DNA from: a virus
Direction: 5' to 3' (one strand)
DNA length: 49,182 bases
IMG/VR virus record: IMGVR_UViG_3300009964_000008
Coordinates: 1 to 49,182 of that record
The position numbers were made by a program, and so were the translations under genes. Positions 5,476-11,961 of this stretch are shown piece after piece (the first letter of the stretch is position 1; the number at the start of each line of letters is the position of its first letter). Below the pieces are notes generated by a model. It did no database searches. It was not told the origin of the DNA and saw only the letters and a program-made list of their open reading frames with translations.

Positions 5476-5627
5476 TGATTACTGGACTTGAAGGTACTGT
5501 GTTTGATACCGACGAGCCTCCCTTTGTTAGCATCAGCGCTGACGTGATGCTTGACGGTGACGAACACTGCGTCAACATTTACTGGTACCCAGAAACAGAC
5601 GAAGTGTTTGTTGAGAGGCAGGACTGA
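5475..5627 (+). CDS. Hypothetical 50-aa acidic protein
   Basis: TAATG coupling. Reads MITGLEGTVFDTDEPPF...VERQD-TGA. Confidence 0.5.
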   Translation: MITGLEGTVFDTDEPPFVSISADVMLDGDEHCVNIYWYPETDEVFVERQD

Positions 5628-5806
5628 TGCGAGCACGGACCACTAAAGATTGCTACTGCTATACCTGTGATAGGGAGTTTAACTATCTTGGTATTGCGAG
5701 CCATAGGGCTTCGCATCGACGTAAGCGCGAAGATTGTGTCATCGAGTTTACGTACGGCAACATTGGACATTGGAAGTACTCTGAACTAGAAGAAGGAGAA
5801 GAATAA
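5627..5806 (+). CDS. 59-aa protein with C-x2-C...H-x4-H zinc-finger-like motif
   Basis: TGATG coupling. Contains CYCYTCDREFNYLGIASHRASH followed by a basic RRKR. Confidence 0.5.
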   Translation: MRARTTKDCYCYTCDREFNYLGIASHRASHRRKREDCVIEFTYGNIGHWKYSELEEGEE

Positions 5807-5991
5807 TGATCAGTGGTGAGCTGCAATTCGTAAAGGCTATTTACTCAATTGCTAAGAGGCAGTACAACGACAGTTTTGAACCATTGCACCCTTGCGAGCG
5901 ACCTGGCGAGAGGGTAGACCCTAATTGGCTCAAGGTGAAGTCGTACGCTGAAGCATTGATCGAACTCAGTAAGGAGGAAAATAATGAGTAA
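5806..5991 (+). CDS. Hypothetical protein (paralogue of 5338 product)
   Basis: TAATG coupling; ORF-track ORF. Confidence 0.65.
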   Translation: MISGELQFVKAIYSIAKRQYNDSFEPLHPCERPGERVDPNWLKVKSYAEALIELSKEENNE

Positions 5992-6325
5992 CAAGACATT
6001 TATCGCCACCTATGATGAGATATGCGAGGGGTACAAAAAGCTGCACAACATGATTCTTGACGACATTAGGGTGCTTTTTATTAGTGGTCTTGGTCAGCGT
6101 GAGATTGGAACCGTGGCAGACTGCCGTGATTTCAATGCAATCACAGCAAAAGGTAGTGTGCTCATCACCCGTGATCGAGGGGCCTTCCTGAAGATCAGTG
6201 ACCAGCATTGGGTGACGGCTGATCGACTTGATGCTGAGGGTATCCGACATGATGTTGACCTTATCCGTATGCTGGCCGACTATGACGGCATGGCTACGCT
6301 GATTGACCCAGGTGTCCAAGAGTGA
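5984..6325 (+). CDS. Hypothetical protein
   Basis: RBS AAGGAGGA upstream of the ATG. Confidence 0.75.
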   Translation: MSNKTFIATYDEICEGYKKLHNMILDDIRVLFISGLGQREIGTVADCRDFNAITAKGSVLITRDRGAFLKISDQHWVTADRLDAEGIRHDVDLIRMLADYDGMATLIDPGVQE

Positions 6326-6540
6326 ACGTCGAGTCAATCAACACCCCAGACGATCTCGAAGCCATGCCTGTCGGTACCATGTTTGGTTCCTCGATTGGGT
6401 ACTATGTGCGTTCTTCTAATGGCTGGTGCTCACTGATTCTTGAAGAGTTCTATCCCAGTAGCCAGCTGTTCAACTATCTTCCTGTCGGTATGGTGCCGGG
6501 TACTCGACAGGTGCAGGTCTACTTCCGACCTGACAAGTGA
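6322..6540 (+). CDS. Hypothetical protein
   Basis: GTG start overlapping the upstream TGA (GTGA). Confidence 0.6.
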   Translation: MNVESINTPDDLEAMPVGTMFGSSIGYYVRSSNGWCSLILEEFYPSSQLFNYLPVGMVPGTRQVQVYFRPDK

Positions 6541-6561
6541 CACACAACACACTGTATGGAG

Positions 6562-6591
6562 TTGACAGCTCAGAAACGGTGACTCTATACT
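6562..6591 (+). promoter_or_regulatory. Promoter TTGACA-18-TATACT upstream of the tRNA cluster
   Basis: -35 at 6562-6567 and -10 at 6586-6591. Confidence 0.65.
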
Positions 6592-6664
6592 AAACACATA
6601 ACTGAATAGCCTCTAGGGTCTGTTATTCAACTACAACAGTCGCTTCACCAACCTAGGGGCACCA

Positions 6665-6750
6665 CCCCTTGTGGCGAAATGGCATACGCAGCGCACTCAA
6701 AATGCGCCGCCCGCACGGGCATGTGAGTTCGACTCTCACCGAGGGGACCA
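6665..6750 (+). tRNA. tRNA-Leu (anticodon CAA), class II, CCA encoded
   Basis: Acceptor CCCCTTG/CGAGGGG (one G-U). Anticodon arm GCGCA-CTCAAAA-TGCGC. Long variable arm GCCC-GCAC-GGGC. T-arm GTGAG-TTCGACT-CTCAC. Discriminator A plus CCA. Confidence 0.9.
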
Positions 6751-6913
6751 CCGAGCACCGGACGATGCTGGATGATTAGGTGTATAAACCTGCCGCTCTG
6801 ATCAAGCGGCCGTGCCGGTTGCCGTGACGGGGGTCACGTGCGGGGTAGCACCCTAGGGCTGACAATTTTTGTGTGATGGTTTTTGTTTCGTCAGTCAACA
6901 GCACCCCTTCTAA

Positions 6914-6986
6914 CGGAATGTAGCGCAGTAGGTAGCGCACCTGGTTTGGGACCAGGGGGCCGTGAGTTCGAGTCTCACCATTCCGA
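6914..6986 (+). tRNA. tRNA-Pro (anticodon TGG)
   Basis: Perfect cloverleaf: CGGAATG TA GCGC-AGTAGGTA-GCGC A CCTGG-TTTGGGA-CCAGG GGGCC GTGAG-TTCGAGT-CTCAC CATTCCG A. Confidence 0.95.
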
Positions 6987-7046
6987 CGTTGCATACGCGT
7001 GTGTAACACCTAGTTCCCAGGTGTCCTCCGGGACTACCTGGGTTTA

Positions 7047-7117
7047 TCCCAGATAGTGTAATGGCAGCATGGCAGGTTTTGGCCCTGTCGGACTAGGTTC
7101 GAGTCCTAGTCTGGGAG
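7047..7117 (+). tRNA. tRNA-Gln (anticodon TTG)
   Basis: Acceptor TCCCAGA/TCTGGGA. Anticodon arm GCAGG-TTTTGGC-CCTGT. T-arm CTAGG-TTCGAGT-CCTAG. Confidence 0.85.
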
Positions 7118-7204
7118 CGCTTGACGATGAGGTTGCTCGATAGCACAAAGTGTCACGACCAAGACACCCCCATCGAACGGTTGGGTCACCCTGGTCAGGT
7201 GGCA

Positions 7205-7276
7205 AGCTGCTTAGTGTTAGGGGTTCAGCACGCTGAGTAAGATTCAGAGGGGCAGGTTCGAGTCCTGTAGCAGCAC
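7205..7276 (+). tRNA. Atypical tRNA or pseudo-tRNA (apparent anticodon AAG, short variable region)
   Basis: T-arm GCAGG-TTCGAGT-CCTGT. Acceptor is 6 bp plus an A1-A72 mismatch. U8-A9 present. Anticodon stem is only 4 bp with loop GTAAGAT. There is no long variable arm, although AAG would read Leu codons. Confidence 0.4.
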
Positions 7277-7295
7277 GACAGAAAGGAGAAACAAA

Positions 7296-7685
7296 ATGAA
7301 GCTACGTCTTACTAACTTCGACTCAAACACCTACGAGGACACCAATGGTTCTTGTGAGTATTGTATGACCACTGGAATGTACGATCACCCCCGGTACACG
7401 TTCACCGATAGCTACGGCGGCGAGCATGTTGTTGAAGGTTGGTGGTCTGAATGGGGTTTCCTGTACTCATACGATGTTAACGTGCCTGTGTTCGCAACCT
7501 GGCTTCACACTGCTGAGTTCAAGGAACTTGTTGGACTTTCCGAAGAGTTGGAGCACCCATCAGATGAGCGCTTCTGGGAGGAGTTTCTAACCAGGGTTCT
7601 TCAGTGTGCACAGTATTGCAGCAATGAGGAAGAACTCAATGAAGAACTCGACTGGGCGTTGAAGGGAGAAACCAATGTTGAATGA
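7296..7685 (+). CDS. Hypothetical protein (Trp/Cys-rich N-terminus, acidic C-terminus)
   Basis: RBS AAAGGAGAAACAAA-ATG. Confidence 0.8.
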   Translation: MKLRLTNFDSNTYEDTNGSCEYCMTTGMYDHPRYTFTDSYGGEHVVEGWWSEWGFLYSYDVNVPVFATWLHTAEFKELVGLSEELEHPSDERFWEEFLTRVLQCAQYCSNEEELNEELDWALKGETNVE

Positions 7686-8001
7686 TGAACAGTTTGACGA
7701 GCTTGCCGATAAGCTGCTGAAGGTGTTCGCCCCGAAGCTGGGTGTCGAACTTGAGGAAGAAAAGCCTAAGTCTGCCACTGTAGTCCGAGACAAGGACGGC
7801 GAAGAATATGATCTCGAACAGTGCGCTATCGGGCCTTGTGTGATCACAGCAGAGGGTAGCTACTTCCTCCATGTTGAAGAAGGCATCCCTGGTAATGATG
7901 ATTACAAGGAATACTGGATAACTACTTGGTGCGATAAGTTCAGTAGTAAGGAGCTAGCAACCATCCTTACGGAACTGGGAGGGGACTTCGATGTCATCTA
8001 G
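7675..8001 (+). CDS. Hypothetical acidic protein
   Basis: ATG overlaps the upstream gene end by 11 nt. Confidence 0.7.
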   Translation: MLNDEQFDELADKLLKVFAPKLGVELEEEKPKSATVVRDKDGEEYDLEQCAIGPCVITAEGSYFLHVEEGIPGNDDYKEYWITTWCDKFSSKELATILTELGGDFDVI

Positions 8002-8048
8002 GACTGATACACTGTCCTCGTAACAACAACGACAACCAAGGAGTAACC

Positions 8049-8345
8049 ATGAGCATTGTCGATCTCGCAGTCAAGCTCGGTAAGGCTTTCGAGGGTGCTT
8101 ACTCGTCCGTTATCAAGAATGACGAGATGAAGACCACCATCACCCAGGAGGCCCGTACGGGTGTCTACACGATCACCACCCAGGACGGTGAGCTGATTGC
8201 TCTTCTCGACCAGGGCATTGTCGAGAAGCAGGCGATTACGATGGTGAAGCCTCATACTTATGGTGTCGTCTCGCCCGGTGTCTACACCGTTCCCGGTCAT
8301 AAGATGCAGGAGATTCTTGAGAATCGTCCGATGGATTATCTGTGA
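8049..8345 (+). CDS. Hypothetical protein
   Basis: RBS AAGGAG 7 nt upstream of the ATG. Confidence 0.75.
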   Translation: MSIVDLAVKLGKAFEGAYSSVIKNDEMKTTITQEARTGVYTITTQDGELIALLDQGIVEKQAITMVKPHTYGVVSPGVYTVPGHKMQEILENRPMDYL

Positions 8346-8449
8346 TTGACGACCTGAGACAGCGCGCCTCTGATCTCAGGATTAAGTAACTGAAGGGTTC
8401 GTCCTTTCGGGTACTGGCCTTTCACGCGGGTTCAAAATGCGTGAGGACT

Positions 8450-8484
8450 CATCCCCCTATCGACTAACACTCGGTAGGGGGATG
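8450..8484 (+). terminator. 10-bp stem-loop (possible terminator, no T-run)
   Basis: CATCCCCCTA(8450-8459)...TAGGGGGATG(8475-8484). Confidence 0.35.
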
Positions 8485-8518
8485 ATACTATGTGTGGGTA
8501 GAGTCACACATTCATTAG

Positions 8519-8548
8519 TTGTAACCAGCCTGGTCTGTCAGCTACACT
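8519..8548 (+). promoter_or_regulatory. Candidate promoter TTGTAA-18-TACACT for the surface-protein gene
   Basis: -35 at 8519-8524 and -10 at 8543-8548. Confidence 0.4.
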
Positions 8549-8589
8549 AAATGTTGTCAGACAGGACAACAACGAAAGGACCAACCAGC

Positions 8590-9906
8590 ATGAAGAAGTT
8601 TCTTGCGACGACTGGTGTCGCACTACTGATGATTACTGCGGCTGCTGCTACTGCCAATGCTGCCGACAACACCGAGATCAAGGCCGAGGTCACGAAGGCC
8701 ACGTCCTCGTCTCGACAGACCTCTTCTGAGATCAACGTCGGCGGTACCTGGGCCGTGGGGAAGCTGGCTGTCGGCCAGCAGTTCACTGTTTCGACCGTGC
8801 CGAACGAGGGCAAGGCCCCGTTCACGTGGGCGGCATCTTTCCCGTTCACGTTGGACGACGGCACCAAGATCGGTGAGTGTTCTGCCAACGAGGCGACACT
8901 GACCTGCACGGTCAAGGAAGTGCCGGACGCTTACAAGGATAAGACGGATGTTACTGGCACTTGGTGGGCCAAGGCACGGCTTCAGGGTGGTGCGATTGGC
9001 ACCACCGAGGGTACGATCACGCTGAACGGTAAGGCCGTGAAGACGCTCGTCTGGGGCGACAAGGATGGTACGGGAACCTGCTCGAACGATTGTTCTGCCC
9101 CGGCCCATTATGAATACGCAAACCCAGAGAACGTAAAGTTCGGCTGGTCCAATGCAGACGGCACTATTAGCTGGGGCATTAAGTGGATTGCCAACGGCGG
9201 TGTCGAATATACTGTCAAGGACTTTGACGCGAAGCTGGGTACGACCGTGAAGTGCGCGAAGTCCGACACGTGGAACCCGGATACAACCGAGACCATCACT
9301 GCCACTCAGGTGGACCCGAACACGATCAAGTTCACCGCGCCTGAAGGCTCAAAGACGTGTGTCACGTACCCGCCTGAGCATACTGTCGTTCCTGAAGGTC
9401 AGACCTCTGCGACCAACCGTGCTGAGGTGAATGGCATGAAGCTAGAGGCTACGGCGACGGTTAAGAGCAATGGTGGTACTAATGGTGATGGTTCTGTGAA
9501 GCCGACTCCTGCCCCTGCTCCTAGTGTCACGCCTGAGCCTACGCCTACTCCGTCTGAAGACCCGAAGCCTGAGCCGTCTCCGTCTACCCCTGCACCCGCT
9601 CCGTCTGCGGAACCGACCCCCGCTCCTGCGCCTTCTACGCCTGCTCCTAAGCCTTCTGATGAGCCGCAGTCTGCACCGTCTCCGACCCCTGAGCCGCGTG
9701 TGACGACTTCTCCGGTGCCTACGCCCTTGCCTGAGACCCCGAAGGCTGATGTGCAGCCCACCGTTGCGCCCGCTCCTGAAGCCAAGCTCGCTAAGACGGG
9801 TGCTGCCTCTGAAGGTATCGTGATCGCGCTTGTTACGGTCATTGCTGGTATCGCTGCCTGTGTCGTCGCGTGGCGTGCCGGTCGATTTGGCAACGACCAC
9901 ATCTGA
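8590..9906 (+). CDS. Sortase-anchored (LAKTG) cell-wall surface protein, adhesin-like, with Pro-rich stalk
   Basis: Signal peptide MKKFLATTGVALLMITAAAATANA-AD. A ~300-aa beta-rich region. A long PxP/TPEP stalk. C-terminal LAKTG, hydrophobic helix and RAGR basic tail. RBS GAAAGGA before the 8590 ATG. Confidence 0.85.
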   Translation: MKKFLATTGVALLMITAAAATANAADNTEIKAEVTKATSSSRQTSSEINVGGTWAVGKLAVGQQFTVSTVPNEGKAPFTWAASFPFTLDDGTKIGECSANEATLTCTVKEVPDAYKDKTDVTGTWWAKARLQGGAIGTTEGTITLNGKAVKTLVWGDKDGTGTCSNDCSAPAHYEYANPENVKFGWSNADGTISWGIKWIANGGVEYTVKDFDAKLGTTVKCAKSDTWNPDTTETITATQVDPNTIKFTAPEGSKTCVTYPPEHTVVPEGQTSATNRAEVNGMKLEATATVKSNGGTNGDGSVKPTPAPAPSVTPEPTPTPSEDPKPEPSPSTPAPAPSAEPTPAPAPSTPAPKPSDEPQSAPSPTPEPRVTTSPVPTPLPETPKADVQPTVAPAPEAKLAKTGAASEGIVIALVTVIAGIAACVVAWRAGRFGNDHI

Positions 9907-9937
9907 GTGCTACACTGAGAGCACCTTCCTAACGGGG

Positions 9938-9972
9938 TAAAGCGCCAGTGCTTTCGAGTGCTGGCGCTTTGC
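9938..9972 (+). terminator. Rho-independent terminator after the surface-protein gene
   Basis: GCGCCAGTGCT-TTCG-AGTGCTGGCGC followed by TTTG. Confidence 0.7.
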
Positions 9973-10013
9973 CTTACCCACAAAGCTAAGTGATACTCGT
10001 CACATCAGTTTAG

Positions 10014-10042
10014 CTTGTACTCCGTACAAAAACGTATTAACA
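10014..10042 (+). promoter_or_regulatory. Candidate promoter TTGTAC-17-TAACAT
   Basis: -35 at 10014-10019 and -10 at 10037-10042, upstream of RBS GAAAGGAGG. Confidence 0.4.
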
Positions 10043-10066
10043 TAGACTGCGTAGAAAGGAGGACAC

Positions 10067-10591
10067 ATGACAGACCCTAGTAAGGTTGTGGAAACGTGGC
10101 TCAAGAAAGTTGGCCGCACTAGCTTTAGTTACTCCGATAGAGTCATTCACCAACCGGAAAGCGTCAAAAAGTTCAATCCGGTTAAGTTAGACTCGACAGT
10201 AGAAAAGCTCATCGACAGCATCTACAGGTGGTGTGATGGTGAGATAAAGACAAAGCCGCGATTCAATGATGTCGTCATCTGCCTGAGCCAGTACGTAAGC
10301 CGGAACAACAACTACGCGAACAAGCTCGTTCCACACGTACCAGCCCTTGATGACCTTAACTTCATCTGGGATAAAGAATCACGTATTGCTGTGACAAGCG
10401 GCGACCCAGTAACATACATGGGCATTAACCGTGAACTCATCAACAAGTGGTATAAACACTATAAAGACCTAGAAACTGACTTCGGACAACTAGCTGACGA
10501 AGTTATCTCAGACTGTGTTGTAGCACCAAGCACATTGAAGTTTGCTAAAGCTGCTGCACTCATGGTTGTACTCAACGAAAGGAGAAAGTGA
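10067..10591 (+). CDS. Hypothetical protein
   Basis: Strong RBS GAAAGGAGG. Confidence 0.8.
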   Translation: MTDPSKVVETWLKKVGRTSFSYSDRVIHQPESVKKFNPVKLDSTVEKLIDSIYRWCDGEIKTKPRFNDVVICLSQYVSRNNNYANKLVPHVPALDDLNFIWDKESRIAVTSGDPVTYMGINRELINKWYKHYKDLETDFGQLADEVISDCVVAPSTLKFAKAAALMVVLNERRK

Positions 10592-11001
10592 TGCGACCAC
10601 AACGACAGCACCACAACGATGCTGGTTTCGACCTGTCCACGAAGATGCCTGTCCTCATCTACCCAGGTGAGGTTATCTACGTGGCGACAGGCTACTACCC
10701 TGATAAGCACGACATTCCTGATGGGTCTGTCGGCCTCGTCTTTGCACGCTCGTCACTGAGCAAGAAGGGCCTTCTACTCGCTAACGGTGTCGGTGTCATC
10801 GACGCTGGCTACGAGGGTGAAGTTCTCGTTCCACTGTGGAACATGAGCAAGGACACCCCTGTCGTGCTGGAAGAGCATGAGCGTATCGCTCAGATTGTTA
10901 TTGTCAAGCTAGAGGTCACCTCTGCTCTCTACGCACAGCCACCCGTCCAGGCCGGTGAGCGTGGCGAAGGTGGCTTTGGTTCCACCGGAAAGGTCAATTG
11001 A
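10591..11001 (+). CDS. dut: dUTP diphosphatase (trimeric dUTPase)
   Basis: Motifs AGFDL, ARSS, GVIDAGYEGE, RIAQ and GERGEGGFGSTG. ATG in a GTGATG overlap with the upstream stop. Confidence 0.9.
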   Translation: MRPQRQHHNDAGFDLSTKMPVLIYPGEVIYVATGYYPDKHDIPDGSVGLVFARSSLSKKGLLLANGVGVIDAGYEGEVLVPLWNMSKDTPVVLEEHERIAQIVIVKLEVTSALYAQPPVQAGERGEGGFGSTGKVN

Positions 11002-11003
11002 GA

Positions 11004-11246
11004 ATGATTACCGTTTACTCCAAGCCCAACTGCCCGCAGTGTACTGCAACGTACCGCAAGCTGAAGGCGCTGGGACTACCCTTCAATAGCATCGACGTGA
11101 CGGAAGATGCTGATTCGCTGGCATTTATCCGCGCACTGGGTTATCAGCAGGCACCTGTCGTTGTCGTGCGTGAAGGCGCGCAAATTAAGGAACACTGGTC
11201 TGGGTTCCGACCCGACCTCTTGAAGAAGTATGAGGTGAAAGAATGA
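11004..11246 (+). CDS. nrdH: NrdH-type glutaredoxin-like redoxin
   Basis: CPQC active site near the N-terminus and the WSGFRP motif. Confidence 0.85.
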   Translation: MITVYSKPNCPQCTATYRKLKALGLPFNSIDVTEDADSLAFIRALGYQQAPVVVVREGAQIKEHWSGFRPDLLKKYEVKE

Positions 11247-11665
11247 AAATTACCGACCCTGTGAAGCTCGAAGAAGCGCGCGCCCGTATGGCTAAGGCTC
11301 GTGCGTCTCGTGGACCTGAAAAGTACCCCAAGGATGTCGAAACACGGCTTGAGTTTGTCCGACAGCTCGTGATTAAGCAGTTCAAGGACGTTGGCCTGTC
11401 AATTACAAACGATGGAAAACTGCTCGGAGGGTCTTCTGCGCAGTATTACCGCTCTAAGTTGGTGAACGGTAGCCTGACGATCAAGGACATGATCTTGCTG
11501 GGTGACTACATGCCTGTTGACTGGACTCTTATCTTCAAGTCTATCCGACAGCCGAAGGACGTTCTGCGTCCAATGGATGAAGAGGCGGCAACTATCAACA
11601 TGGAGTTTGTGGAGCCGGGGGATAACCCGTTTGCTGACTATTTCGTTGATGTGGATGGTGTGTGA
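11243..11665 (+). CDS. Hypothetical protein (possible HTH DNA-binding)
   Basis: ATGA overlap with nrdH. The helix-turn-helix guess rests only on the SSAQYYRSKLVNGSLTIKDMILLGDYM segment. Confidence 0.7.
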   Translation: MKITDPVKLEEARARMAKARASRGPEKYPKDVETRLEFVRQLVIKQFKDVGLSITNDGKLLGGSSAQYYRSKLVNGSLTIKDMILLGDYMPVDWTLIFKSIRQPKDVLRPMDEEAATINMEFVEPGDNPFADYFVDVDGV

Positions 11666-11961
11666 TGGAGCCTTCGTTGCGTGATTTTGCTGCGGGCCTC
11701 ACGGACATCCCTAAGTTCGGTTCGACAAAGCTCGTTCGTTTCCTCCGACGTGAAGGTTTCTTGAAGAAGGGGCGCTATATTAGCGAACCGACTGAAAAGG
11801 CCAAGGGCTTGCTCGATGTGCGCCGTGTCTACACTGATGAGGGTAACTCGTATCGGCAGGTGTTCGTCACTGAAGAGGGTGTCCGGGCGTTCACTGATAT
11901 GATTAAGGCTGAGTACGAGGACTTCGGTCCTTGGGAGATTAGGAGCAATTATCGTGATTAG
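11662..11961 (+). CDS. Hypothetical protein, KilAC/antirepressor-C-like by pattern
   Basis: FGSTKLVRFLRREGFL...YRQVFVTEEGVRAF resembles the KilAC DNA-binding domain pattern. Not verified. Confidence 0.6.
   Translation: MMEPSLRDFAAGLTDIPKFGSTKLVRFLRREGFLKKGRYISEPTEKAKGLLDVRRVYTDEGNSYRQVFVTEEGVRAFTDMIKAEYEDFGPWEIRSNYRD

Noticed and set aside
8417-8446. TCACGC-GGGTTCAAAAT-GCGTGA hairpin with a T-loop-like GGTTCAAAT
   Set aside because: The loop is 11 nt and no acceptor-type stem flanks it. It is more simply part of the structured intergenic region upstream of the surface-protein gene.
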